From the NCBI GenBank assembly GCA_016873095.1, contig VGYC01000030.1:1-48977 (forward strand): 48,977 nucleotides of DNA. The letters run 5' to 3'. Shown piece by piece: positions 1 through 10,864 of this stretch; within the stretch, counting starts at the first letter, position 1; each line of letters opens with the position of its first letter. The notes under the pieces were generated by a model, which had not been told where the DNA came from, did no database searches, and was given only the letters and a program-made list of their open reading frames with translations. The DNA comes from Planctomycetota bacterium (GTDB lineage Bacteria > Planctomycetota > Planctomycetia > Gemmatales > Gemmataceae). A program made the translations under genes and the position numbers.

Positions 1-110
1 AATCCCTGGCATGACCGGACCCTCCGTGGTCGTCGTGCGCCATGTGAAATTACCAGGAATTTGAACGAAATTGCCCATTTTGACAAGGCCAGCTGCAGCT
101 TTGCAAAACC

Positions 111-485
111 TTAGACCTTAGTTAGGAATAGCCTCTTGGACTTCAGTTCCATCAAGAAGGCATCAACTTTGGCTTGCACCTGGGGCGTTTGATAGACAAC
201 CAGGATGTTGGTCGCTGGCTGATAGATCGCTTCGCCCGGTCCTTTCGTGGCGCTTTGGCTCCACGTCGCCGGCTCGATCACCTTGGGGAGCGTCGTGGCG
301 ATCCATTTCCCCATCTCAGCGCTGGTCCATTCGCTCAGAGCGTGAACCTTGTAGTTCAGGCCGTTCGCGGTGGATTCCGTCTTGCCCGAGACCGGCTTCA
401 CATCAGCCGACCAGGCGCCTTGAGCAAGTGCGACAAACGCGCTGACTGTGATGACCGTCGCCGCCAACAAGCGAATGCGAGACAT
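111..485 (-). CDS. small secreted protein with a secretin-N/STN-like C-terminal motif, function unknown
   Basis: ORF 111..542. Internal start MSRIRLLAATVITVSAFVALAQGA is a signal peptide and is preceded by a strong SD (AGGAGGAAAGCCCC-ATG on the minus strand). The C-terminal NILVVYQTPQVQAKVDAFLMEL resembles the secretin N-domain consensus. Confidence 0.45.
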   Translation of the reverse strand: MSRIRLLAATVITVSAFVALAQGAWSADVKPVSGKTESTANGLNYKVHALSEWTSAEMGKWIATTLPKVIEPATWSQSATKGPGEAIYQPATNILVVYQTPQVQAKVDAFLMELKSKRLFLTKV

Positions 486-982
486 GGGGCTTTCCTCCTG
501 CCATTGACTCAAATCGGAGCGATTAGAAGGAACGATGGACACGAAATCAAGGGCAACGATTGGGCTCGAAAGATGCGCGTTCTGCGGAATCTATTGCCTT
601 GTGGTTTTGCAACTGCGCGCGTGCGCGAAACCACAAGCGGCCGGCGAACCGAGGATGAGCGATGGCGCCCGTCGGGCGGATTTCAAGACAGCAACCCCCG
701 GCAACGAAAGCGTACGACAGGCCATGGACGTAAAATGTGTGCCACAAATATCTTGCGGCATTTGCTCGGGACGCGGATTCGTTGCCGGGGTGCTCAGAGG
801 GGGGTAGCAACGCAACGCATTTCTGGCGGTGACGCCGTCTCTCTATTTCACTTCGCGTGGGCCGGACCGCGAAACCGCAAGCGGTTGGCAAACTCAGGGC
901 TGGACTCGGCCAGTCATGCTCGGATTCCTCGTGAATTCCGATATAAATCCATTCGCATATGAGTCACAACTGGAGTTTCATC

Positions 983-2659
983 ATGGCTGAACAACGCCGT
1001 AGCCGACTGACCACCGAAGGCATGGGACGCGCCCCCAACCGGGCGATGCTCCGCGCCGTCGGCTTCATGGATGACGATTTTTCGAAGCCAATGATCGGCA
1101 TCGCTTCGCTCTATAGCGACATCACGCCGTGCAACGCGCACCTCGACCGGCTGGCGCGGAAGGGCGCCGAAGGCATCCGCGCCGGCGGCGGCGTCGGGCA
1201 AATCTTCGGCGCGCCGACGGCTTCCGACGGCATCATGATGGGTCACCAGGGCATGCGCTACAGCCTGGTGTCGCGCGAGGTCATCGCCGACAGCATCGAG
1301 ATCGTCGCCGGCGGCATGAATCACGATGGCCTGCTCGCCATCGGCGGCTGCGACAAGAACATGCCTGGCTGCGTCATGGCCATGGCCCGGCTTAACATCC
1401 CCAGCATCTTTGTCTACGGCGGCAGCATCCTCCCCGGCGTCGGCGCCGACGGCGGGGCCATCGACATCGTCTCCATCTTCGAAGCCGTCGGACAGTTTCA
1501 AGCCGGCAAGCTCGACGAGAAGGGCGTGCACCGTGTCGAGTGCGAGGCCTGCCCCGGCGCCGGCTCCTGCGGTGGCATGTACACCGCCAACACCATGAGC
1601 TCCGCCATCGAGGCGATGGGGCTGTCGTTGCCGTACGATGCCAGCAACCCGGCGGTGTCGGCCGCCAAGGAGCGTGAAGCGTTCCTCGCCGGCAAGTGCC
1701 TCGTCAAGGTCATCGAGCAGGGCATCAAGCCTCGCGACATCATCACTCGCAAGTCGCTGGAGAATGCCTATACGTTCGTGCTGGCGCTGGGTGGCTCGAC
1801 CAACGCCGTGCTGCATCTGCTGGCCATCGCCCGCGAGGCGCAAGTGGACTGGACGCTGGCCGACTTCGACCGGCTCGGCGACAAGGTCCCCGATCTCGCC
1901 GATTTGAAACCCGGCGGCCGTTATGTGATGAACGATCTCTACAAGGTCGGCGGCACCCCGGCCGTGATGAAGGCGCTGCTCGATGCCGGGATGTTGCACG
2001 GCGACTGCCCCACCGTAACCGGCGGAACCATCGCGCAGAACCTGTCGCAGGTGAAGAGCATCTACGCGTCGCCGCAGAAGGTCATCAAGACGCTGGATGC
2101 GCCAATGCATGCCAGCGGGCACATCGTGATCCTCAAGGGCAACCTGGCGCCGGAAGGCGCCGTCGCGAAAGTCGCCGGCCTCAAGAAGCGCAGCATCACC
2201 GGGCCGGCCCGCGTTTTTGACGGCGAGGAAGCCTGCTTCGCCGCAATTCAGAAGAGGTCGATCAAGGCCGGCGAGGTGGTGGTGATCCGCGGCGAAGGCC
2301 CCGTCGGCGGCCCCGGCATGCGCGAGATGCTATCCATCACCGGCGCCCTCGTGGGCCAGGGACTGGGCGACAGCGTCGGCCTCATCACCGACGGCCGGTT
2401 CTCCGGCGGCACCCACGGCCTGGTTGTCGGCCACGTCGCTCCCGAAGCCTGGACCGGCGGACCGATTGCGTTTCTCAAGGACGGCGACGAAGTCACGATC
2501 GACGCCGACAAGAAGGTGTTGTCCGTCAAGCTCGACGACAACGAACTGGGCCGCCGCAAGGCCGGCTGGAAGCAACCGGCCCCGCGCGAAAGCCGCGGCG
2601 TGCTGGCGAAATACGCGCGGATGGCACGGTCGGCGTCGGAGGGGGCGACGACGGGGTGA
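983..2659 (+). CDS. ilvD: dihydroxy-acid dehydratase
   Basis: Recognisable IlvD/EDD family motifs: [23 protein letters not shown] and the C-terminal GGP segment. Start chosen at MAEQ, which has GGAG 9 nt upstream; the ORF opens at 959. Confidence 0.9.
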   Translation: MAEQRRSRLTTEGMGRAPNRAMLRAVGFMDDDFSKPMIGIASLYSDITPCNAHLDRLARKGAEGIRAGGGVGQIFGAPTASDGIMMGHQGMRYSLVSREVIADSIEIVAGGMNHDGLLAIGGCDKNMPGCVMAMARLNIPSIFVYGGSILPGVGADGGAIDIVSIFEAVGQFQAGKLDEKGVHRVECEACPGAGSCGGMYTANTMSSAIEAMGLSLPYDASNPAVSAAKEREAFLAGKCLVKVIEQGIKPRDIITRKSLENAYTFVLALGGSTNAVLHLLAIAREAQVDWTLADFDRLGDKVPDLADLKPGGRYVMNDLYKVGGTPAVMKALLDAGMLHGDCPTVTGGTIAQNLSQVKSIYASPQKVIKTLDAPMHASGHIVILKGNLAPEGAVAKVAGLKKRSITGPARVFDGEEACFAAIQKRSIKAGEVVVIRGEGPVGGPGMREMLSITGALVGQGLGDSVGLITDGRFSGGTHGLVVGHVAPEAWTGGPIAFLKDGDEVTIDADKKVLSVKLDDNELGRRKAGWKQPAPRESRGVLAKYARMARSASEGATTG

Positions 2660-2717
2660 GGAAGTCACCCGCACCAATTGCCAAATCCAGGAAAATCCAG
2701 GAAGTGGAGATGCGACC

Positions 2718-3449
2718 ATGAAGCGGCTGGCGGGCAAGATCGCGCTCGTGACTGGCGGGGGGAGCGGCATCGGGCTGGGTGTAGCGAAGGCCTTTCTCGG
2801 TGAAGGCGCCCGTGTCGCCATCGCCGGGCGCACCGAGAGCCGGCTGCGCGAAGCCGCCAAGTCGCTGGCAAGCGACAGCCTCATGACGCATGCCGCCGAT
2901 CTCGCCGACCCGGATGCGGTACGCTCGCTTATCAAGACTGTCACGGATCGCTTGGGGCCGATTGATATCCTCGTCAACAACGCCGGTCTCAACATCAAGG
3001 AGCGCACGTTCCGTGAGTTGACGCCTGACTCGTGGCAACTGCTGCTGCGGGCCAACCTGGACAGTGCCTTTTATTGCACGCACGAAGTGCTGCCGGCGAT
3101 GCTGAAACGCAAGGATGGACTCATCATCAACGTCAGCTCGATCGCCGGCAAGCGGGCAGGCCCACTGGGCGGGGCCGCCTATGCCGCGTCCAAGTTTGGC
3201 ATGTCCGCGCTTGGCATTTGCCTGGCGGCCGAGGAGAAGGACAGCGGCATCCGCGTCAGCAACATCTACCCTGGCGAAGTGGACACGCCCATTCTGGAAG
3301 TCCGGCCGCAAGCCGTCAGCGCGGAGCACCGGCACCGCATCCTGAAGCCTGAAGATGTGGCTGCCGCGGTGCTCTTCGTGGCCACGCTGCCGCCGCACGT
3401 CTCGATTCCAGAGCTGGTTATCAAGCCGACATGGCAGGTGTACGTGTAG
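2718..3449 (+). CDS. SDR-family short-chain dehydrogenase/reductase
   Basis: TGGGSGIG Rossmann motif, NNAG, catalytic YAASK. The ORF's N-terminal extension from 2424 is rejected; start taken at MKRLAGK. Confidence 0.8.
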   Translation: MKRLAGKIALVTGGGSGIGLGVAKAFLGEGARVAIAGRTESRLREAAKSLASDSLMTHAADLADPDAVRSLIKTVTDRLGPIDILVNNAGLNIKERTFRELTPDSWQLLLRANLDSAFYCTHEVLPAMLKRKDGLIINVSSIAGKRAGPLGGAAYAASKFGMSALGICLAAEEKDSGIRVSNIYPGEVDTPILEVRPQAVSAEHRHRILKPEDVAAAVLFVATLPPHVSIPELVIKPTWQVYV

Positions 3450-3574
3450 AAACGCGAGCGAGTTGGCGAAAGCCGCTACGGACCGCCGGGATTGGCCGGT
3501 ATGCTCGCCGATTCCCAATAGGATGACTTGCGTGCGGCTGATTCCATATCTGGCAACTCGACGAGGAACGAGAG

Positions 3575-4326
3575 ATGACACGGATCATTGACTTCATGGC
3601 GTTGATGCTGGCTGTGTGTTTGGCCTCGCCTGGTGTCGCGCAGGACCAGCCGACGGGCAAGCAGGCGCCGAAGCGCTTCGCCAAGGCTGTGACGATTCAG
3701 GTCGAGGTGGATTATTTGCTGTACTTGCCGAAAGAGTATGGCAAAGGGGAGAAGTCCTGGCCGCTCGTGCTCTTTCTGCATGGCGCCGGCGAAACGGGGA
3801 CGGACCTGGACAAGGTCAAGCTTCATGGGCCGCCCAAGCTTATCGCGGCCGGCCAGGATTTTCCCGCCATCGTCGTCTCGCCGCAAGCGCGACGCTTTGG
3901 CTGGGACCCGCTCATTCTGCATGCCCTGCTCGACGACCTGGCAAGACCTACAAGATCGACCCGGACCGCGTTTACGCTACCGGTCTGAGCATGGGCGGCA
4001 TGGGCACCTGGGCGCTGGCGGCAGCCAGGCCGGACAGGTTTGCGGCCATCATGCCCATCTGCGGCGGCGGCAACCCCGCCAACGCCAAGAAGATCAAGAA
4101 CCTGCCCATCCGCATCTTTCAGGGCGCCAAGGACCCGGTCGTTCGCCTCAAGACTGCGGAGGCTATGCTCAAGGCTCTCAAGAACGCCGGCGCCAAGGAC
4201 GTCGAGCTGAAGGTTTACCCGGAGGCCGCTCATGACTCCTGGACGGCAACGTATGCCAACCCGGAAGTGTGGGCCTGGCTGTTTCAGCAAAAGCGTGCTA
4301 CCACGGCAAAGAGTGAAAGTCGTTGA
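3575..4326 (+). pseudogene. phospholipase/carboxylesterase-family alpha/beta hydrolase carrying a single-nucleotide frameshift
   Basis: The N-terminal half runs in frame 2 (3575..3988, with LVLFLHGAGETG). The C-terminal half runs in frame 1 (YKIDPDRVYATGLSMGGMG, catalytic GLSMGG). The two join only if one A is added in gcaag at about 3942-3946 (expected ...LAKTYKIDP...). Confidence 0.6.
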
Positions 4327-4383
4327 TCGGAAGATGGGCTCATTTCCCTTGCCCGGCGGCGCGGCCACGCTTAAGCTTCGGAT

Positions 4384-6870
4384 ATGCAGAAACTTCGCTT
4401 TCGACTGACCGTGTGCATCTGGCTAGTCGCCGCGCCGACCGCGACGGGCCAGGATGGCAATATCGAGTTCTTCGAGAAGCACGTACGGCCATTGCTGGCC
4501 GAGCACTGTTACAGCTGCCACTCGGATGTGAAGAAGAAGGCCAAGGGGGGACTGCGACTCGATAGCCGGGATGCTCTGCGCAAGGGAGGAGACCAGGGAC
4601 CGGCCGTGGTCCCCGGCCGGCCCGACGCGAGCCTGCTCATCAAGGCCATTCGCTATCGCGACGATGAGTTGCGCATGCCGCCGGCGGGAAAGCTCGCGCA
4701 GCGAGAGATAGACACGCTCGTGGAATGGGTGCGGCGCGGGGCCCCGGACCCGCGAGTCGGCGCCGAGCCGAAGAAGTCCGCAATCGATTCGCCGAAGGGG
4801 CAGCGATTCTGGTCCTTCGTCGCACCGCGTTTGCCGAAGGTCCCTGCCGTCCGCGACGCCTCCTGGCCGCGCGCGGCGATTGATCGATTCATCCTGACGC
4901 GATTGGAGGCCGCCGGCCTGACGCCGGCGCGCGACGCCGACCGCTGGACGCTGCTGCGACGCTTGACGTTCGACCTCACCGGCTTGCCGCCGTCGCCGGC
5001 CGAGATCGCCGCCTTCACTGCCGATCCGTCGGCAGACGCCTATGAAAAGGTCGTCGATCGGCTGCTCGCCTCGCCGGCATTCGGCGAGCGCTGGGCGCGG
5101 CACTGGCTCGACCTCAGCTGTCATGCCGATCTTGCCGACGTGGATGGCAACGTCGTCATCCGCGAGGCCTGGCGCTATCGCGATTATGTGATCGCCGCCT
5201 TCAATCAAGACAAACCGTACGACCGCTTCATCACTGAGCAACTAGCTGGCGACCTGCTGCCGCATGGTTCCATTGCCGAACGCCGCGACCAGCTCGTCGC
5301 AACCGGTTTCCTGGCCATTGGTCCCTGGTCGCTGCAAAACTACATCAAGCCGCAGCAACTTGCAGACGTTGTGGACCATCAGATCGACAAGGTAGGCCGG
5401 GTGTTCCTCGGACTATCGCTGGCCTGTGCTCGTTGCCACGATCACAAGTTCGACCCGGTGCCTACCACGGACTACTACGCCCTGGCCGGCATTTTCCACA
5501 GCACGCTGACGACGCGTCACGACGGACCCGGCGTGTGGAGCCGGATCATGCGCAGCCCGCTATCCGAGTCACCGGAGCAAGCAGCCGCCCGCGCGAGGGC
5601 AACGCAAGAGCATGACAATGCGATCGCCGCCGCGAAGAAAGAAAAAAACAGGTTGGAGACCGAACTGGCAACGCTTCGCAAGACGAAGAGCACGGATGAC
5701 AAACCGCGCGCCATCGAGAATAGCCTCCGCGAAGTGAAGGATCGCTTGCTACGTCTGGACTATAACCGCCCGGAGCAGCCCCACGCCTTGGCGGTGCGCG
5801 ACATCGAAAAGCCTGCGGATAGCCGCGTCTATCTGCGCGGCAACTTCCGTACGCTGGGGTTATCCGTGCCGCGTGGTTTTCCGCAACTGGCGACGCTTGG
5901 AGACCCGCCGGCGATCACGGCCACGCAAAGTGGCCGTCGCGAGCTGGCGCGCTGGCTCGTCGAGCCCGACAACCCGCTGACCGCGCGGGTCATGGTCAAT
6001 CGAATCTGGCATCACCTCTTCGGCGTCGGCCTTGTCTCGTCAGTGGATCACGTCGGCACCAAGGGAGAGCCGCCCAGTCATCCGGAGCTGCTCGATTATC
6101 TTGCGTGGCGATTCCAGGGAGAGCCGGGAGCGTCAGCGACCGGAGAAAGAGCATGGTCCATAAAGGCCATGATCCGCGAGATTGTGCTGTCGCGTACTTA
6201 CCAGATGGCCAGCGCGCACAACGCGACGGCGATGCAAGTCGATCCCAGCAATCGCCTGTTGTGGCGCATGAATCGCCGCCGGCACGAGGCGGAAGCCATC
6301 CGCGATTCGATCCTCGCCGTCAGCGGCCGGCTGGAACGCGGCGGCGGCGGGCCATCGCTAGGTCTGGATCTTCCCGGCAATGTCAACGGCATCGGCGGCA
6401 ACGTCAATCCGCCGACATACGCCGGCAAGACCATCCCGAAAAACGTTCGTGAGCGGCGCACGATTTACCAGCCCCTCTTTCGGCTGCGCCCCGCCGGCGA
6501 ACTGGAAATCCTCAGCACGTTCGACTTCCCACATCCCAACGAGATCACCGGCGCCCGCGCCGTCACCACCGTGCCGACGCAAGCACTCTTTCTCATGAAT
6601 TCGCCATTTCTCAAGGAGCAGGCCAGTCACGCCGCCCATCGCCTGCTGGCGGAAGTGGACAGCGACGACGCTCGGCTGGCGCAGCTTTACCTCCTGGCCC
6701 TCGGCCGTCCGGCCAGCGCGAACGAGAGGCGGCAAGGCGTTGACTTCCTGCGCGCCGTGGAGAACGAGTTTCGTGCAGCAAAGTCCGGGTCAAGCAGCGC
6801 GCATGTTCAGGCGTGGACGCAGCTTTGCCATGCGATGCTGGCGTCGAATGAGTTTCTCTTCAAGGAATAG
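4384..6870 (+). CDS. planctomycete cytochrome-C-like PSCyt + DUF1549 + DUF1553 protein
   Basis: Signal peptide, CYSCHS heme-like motif, DRFILTRLEAAGLTPA (DUF1549), CARCHDHKFDP (DUF1553). Family assignment from established knowledge. Confidence 0.85.
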   Translation: MQKLRFRLTVCIWLVAAPTATGQDGNIEFFEKHVRPLLAEHCYSCHSDVKKKAKGGLRLDSRDALRKGGDQGPAVVPGRPDASLLIKAIRYRDDELRMPPAGKLAQREIDTLVEWVRRGAPDPRVGAEPKKSAIDSPKGQRFWSFVAPRLPKVPAVRDASWPRAAIDRFILTRLEAAGLTPARDADRWTLLRRLTFDLTGLPPSPAEIAAFTADPSADAYEKVVDRLLASPAFGERWARHWLDLSCHADLADVDGNVVIREAWRYRDYVIAAFNQDKPYDRFITEQLAGDLLPHGSIAERRDQLVATGFLAIGPWSLQNYIKPQQLADVVDHQIDKVGRVFLGLSLACARCHDHKFDPVPTTDYYALAGIFHSTLTTRHDGPGVWSRIMRSPLSESPEQAAARARATQEHDNAIAAAKKEKNRLETELATLRKTKSTDDKPRAIENSLREVKDRLLRLDYNRPEQPHALAVRDIEKPADSRVYLRGNFRTLGLSVPRGFPQLATLGDPPAITATQSGRRELARWLVEPDNPLTARVMVNRIWHHLFGVGLVSSVDHVGTKGEPPSHPELLDYLAWRFQGEPGASATGERAWSIKAMIREIVLSRTYQMASAHNATAMQVDPSNRLLWRMNRRRHEAEAIRDSILAVSGRLERGGGGPSLGLDLPGNVNGIGGNVNPPTYAGKTIPKNVRERRTIYQPLFRLRPAGELEILSTFDFPHPNEITGARAVTTVPTQALFLMNSPFLKEQASHAAHRLLAEVDSDDARLAQLYLLALGRPASANERRQGVDFLRAVENEFRAAKSGSSSAHVQAWTQLCHAMLASNEFLFKE

Positions 6871-6979
6871 GCCACAACCTGCCACTCCCGGACCGGACAG
6901 GAGCGAAGCACCGATTCGTTCGCGCTCAGAGCCAGGCAAGTCCGACAATGTCTTCACGATTGCGGCAGGATGTGGCGCG

Positions 6980-7203
6980 TCACGCGCACGGGCGGCGCTC
7001 GGAGCTGAAGGCGCGCAGGACTTCGTACAGGTCGGGCGTCACACACACCTCGTCGTCGAGAAAGTCTTGCAACCACAGGTAATTGTGGCGCTTGGCGATG
7101 GTCACGAGCGGCAACAGTTCGGCAAGACTGACGCGCACCGAAGGTTGCTGAATATCGTCGCTGGCTTCGCAGGACTCCGGATAGACCCGTAGTTGCGCAG
7201 GCA
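6980..7203 (-). CDS. small hypothetical protein (74 aa)
   Basis: ATG (MPAQLRVYPE) preceded by GGGAGGAATCATCC on the minus strand. I recognise no domain. Confidence 0.35.
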
Positions 7204-7406
7204 TGGATGATTCCTCCCTGTGAGTCGCGTCGCGCACGCCGAAACGGCGGTTCCATTCGAACGCCGTCCGGCGAAGCGTTTCCGCCGTTGCCACTGAAGC
7301 TTTTGAAAACCTTGACCCTTGTAGGTAATCATCGACAGAAAGAGGATGGGACTTGGGAGATTCTGTCATAAAGCTCGTATCAACAGCCGCCGGTTCGCGC
7401 GACGCT

Positions 7407-7412
7407 TATAAT
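7407..7412 (+). promoter_or_regulatory. perfect TATAAT -10 hexamer upstream of gpsA
   Basis: tataat lies about 75 nt upstream of the gpsA ATG. I found no convincing -35. Confidence 0.2.
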
Positions 7413-7486
7413 GGGGATGACCTGCGAAGCTGGGCAATTATGGGCAGGCATGGGCAAGCATGCGCAAGCAGGCACAAAGGGCAGCC

Positions 7487-8482
7487 ATGGCGATTGAGCT
7501 GGCGATACTTGGGGCGGGGGCCTGGGGCACGGCCATGGCGGTCGTGCTCGCGCAGTCGGCCGAGCATCGCGTCCTCCTCTGGAGCGCCCGGCCGGAGAAC
7601 GCCAAGATGTTGCGCGACAGCCGCGAGAACGTCCGCCTTCTTCCCGGCGTGCCCATTCCGTCGGCCGTCGTGCTGACGAGCGACATCGGCGAAATCACCG
7701 GGGCCGACCTGGTCATCGAGGCCATTCCGACGGTGCACCTGCGGCCCACCCTGGAACGCATTGCTCATGCCATCCCGACGGCAAAGCCGGTGCTGAGCCT
7801 GACGAAAGGCATGGAACTGGCGACCTTTCTTCGCCCGAGCCAGATTATCGAGCAGGTGCTGGGGCCCAGGCCGTTGGCGGCGTTGAGCGGACCGAGCCAC
7901 GCCGAGGAAGTCGGCCGGGGCTTGCCCACCGGCGTGGTCGTCGCCAGTGCGGACTTCGAACTGGCATGCTGGGTGCAGCAGCGCTTCGGCACCGATCGTT
8001 TCCGCGTCTACACCAATCAGGACATCGTGGGTGTGGAACTGGCGGGGGCGCTCAAGAACATCATCGGCATTGCTGCCGGCATCAGCGACGGCCTGGGCTT
8101 CGGCGACAACACCAAGTCGGCCTTGCTGACGCGCGGGCTGGTCGAGATCGCACGCTTCGGCGTGGCCCTGGGCGGCGACGCGCAGACGTTCTGGGGTCTG
8201 GCCGGCATCGGCGACCTCATCACGACTTGCATCAGCCGCCACGGCCGCAACCGTCGCGTCGGCGAATGCCTCGCCAGGGGCGAGACGCTCGCCACCATCG
8301 TATCGAGCACGGCCATGGTGGCCGAGGGCGTCACCACCACCCGCAGCGTCCACGAACGCGCCGTCATGATGGGCATCCCCATGCCCATCACGACGGAGGT
8401 CTATCGCGTACTCTACGAGGGGAAGGACCCGCGCGAGGCGGTCACCGATTTGATGCTGCGTGATCCGAGAAGCGAGAAGTGA
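7487..8482 (+). CDS. gpsA: NAD(P)H-dependent glycerol-3-phosphate dehydrogenase
   Basis: [12 protein letters not shown] Rossmann motif and [12 protein letters not shown]. Start at [11 protein letters not shown], with AAGGG 7 nt upstream. Confidence 0.9.
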   Translation: MAIELAILGAGAWGTAMAVVLAQSAEHRVLLWSARPENAKMLRDSRENVRLLPGVPIPSAVVLTSDIGEITGADLVIEAIPTVHLRPTLERIAHAIPTAKPVLSLTKGMELATFLRPSQIIEQVLGPRPLAALSGPSHAEEVGRGLPTGVVVASADFELACWVQQRFGTDRFRVYTNQDIVGVELAGALKNIIGIAAGISDGLGFGDNTKSALLTRGLVEIARFGVALGGDAQTFWGLAGIGDLITTCISRHGRNRRVGECLARGETLATIVSSTAMVAEGVTTTRSVHERAVMMGIPMPITTEVYRVLYEGKDPREAVTDLMLRDPRSEK

Positions 8483-8610
8483 CGCGCTGGCACATGACAA
8501 GCTCTTCTTCCGCTTGCGGTTTCGCGCACGATGCGCGCCAACAGTCCGAGCGGTCCGGTGTCGAGGAGATAGATGGTCGGCATTGGGGATGAGCGAGTGC
8601 ATCGCCTCGA

Positions 8611-8898
8611 CTAATCGAGCGCTGAGGATCGAAAACTGAGCCTACGGTTCTGCTCAAGTGCGGAGTGCAGACGATCTGCTTCCTCGTCCGACAGCCGCCC
8701 GTCCTCTTCTGTCCATGTTGCAACGAGCTGCCGCAGTTGCTGGACACGATTCGCACGCTCCGCATCCAGCGAGGCATGCGTCAACGGCTCCACGCGAACG
8801 GTCTGGCCCTCGTCGAGCTTGATCTGCGTATCGAGGACGATAACGCCGTTTTTCACGTGCCCCATGTACGCCTGTGTTGGATTCTCGGATGGCTTCAT
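8611..8898 (-). CDS. small protein with a DUF104/AbrB-MazE-like N-terminal beta-hairpin (antitoxin-like) plus a charged helical tail
   Basis: AYMGHVKNGVIVLDTQIKLDEGQTVRVEPL fits the DUF104 pattern YENGVLKPL..L.L.EG..V.V. An extended -10 (TGGTATAAT) sits 7 nt upstream of ATG (MKPSEN) on the minus strand. The patch has locally lower GC. Confidence 0.45.
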   Translation of the reverse strand: MKPSENPTQAYMGHVKNGVIVLDTQIKLDEGQTVRVEPLTHASLDAERANRVQQLRQLVATWTEEDGRLSDEEADRLHSALEQNRRLSFRSSALD

Positions 8899-8944
8899 GT
8901 GCGAGATTATACCAGAATACACGAATTGCCCAAACCTCTATACG

Positions 8945-8990
8945 CGTCAGCCGGAAATCCCGCCCCGCGACGCGGAAGGAGAGTCGCTCG
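8945..8990 (-). pseudogene. remnant of a DUF1501 gene 3' end (encodes ...ERLSFRVAGRDFRLT)
   Basis: About 35 nt are near-identical to the 3' end of the intact DUF1501 gene at 9306-9370 (cgtcagccg.aa.tcccgccc..c.acgcggaagg). The encoded peptide matches the C-terminus of that gene (HERLTFRVAGRDFRLTDVHGE). Confidence 0.55.
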
Positions 8991-9276
8991 CCACGCTTTC
9001 CGCCGGCGGGCTGCTCTTGCCGAGCCACCGCGGACGGATTACGACGAGGCACAAGGCTGCGATCCCAACCCAGATCAGCGAAATAAACCAGTTGTCAGGG
9101 TCGCCGCGCGGTCCGCTTGCACCTAGTGCCGCCGCGAAAGCTAGCAGACTGCCACCAAGACGCGTGGGAAGATTGTCCGAGTACAAGAGGCAAACACCAG
9201 CAGCAAATGCCAATCCGAACAACACATGTGGATGGCTTGGATGCGCCCAAGCGATGATGATTTGTTCGGATCGCAT
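8947..9276 (-). CDS. hypothetical small membrane protein (about 3 TM helices)
   Basis: ORF lies in the lower-GC patch and has hydrophobic segments. It overlaps, in another frame, the DUF1501 remnant at about 8945-8990, so one of the two readings is spurious. Confidence 0.25.
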   Translation of the reverse strand: MRSEQIIIAWAHPSHPHVLFGLAFAAGVCLLYSDNLPTRLGGSLLAFAAALGASGPRGDPDNWFISLIWVGIAALCLVVIRPRWLGKSSPPAESVASDSPSASRGGISG

Positions 9277-9305
9277 GTTACGGCTCCTGTCTCATCGATG
9301 TTGTA

Positions 9306-10724
<1,419 letters not shown>

Positions 10725-10864
10725 GGCGAGTCCCTGTTCCGCTATGAGGAACATGAAGTACGCCCGTATTGTACGCGGATTGACGCGCTGCTACAACGAC
10801 GGAGTGTCGGCCTCTCGGCCTCGCCCTCACGTCGATTCCGCATATCACAATTGAGATGGCCCAC

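Noticed and set aside
914-2122. 402-aa ORF antisense to ilvD. Similar long antisense ORFs occur at 2526-3581, 7406-8602, 10845-12536, 14669-15607, 17287-18120, 19783-20595, 23306-24253, 24821-25960, 38643-39566 and 45101-46129.
   Set aside because: In 65% GC DNA stop codons are rare on the antisense strand. The sense strand carries unmistakable homology motifs and G/C-rich third positions. The antisense products are Arg/Ala-rich low complexity.
3575-4326. Calling the two esterase halves as separate genes (3575-3988 and 3616-4326)
   Set aside because: The second ORF's first 100 residues are Gly/Arg-rich nonsense that overlaps the first ORF. The family motifs line up only across a +1 shift.
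7441-7486. gcaNgcatgggcaagcatgcgcaagcaggca low-complexity repeat before gpsA considered as a regulatory repeat
   Set aside because: It is short and imperfect and sits inside the likely 5' UTR. There is not enough evidence beyond the TATAAT box already noted.
8654-9052. 132-aa minus ORF read as a real gene
   Set aside because: Only a 14-aa stretch matches DUF1501 and the rest is Arg-rich noise. I interpret it as a gene remnant rather than a CDS.
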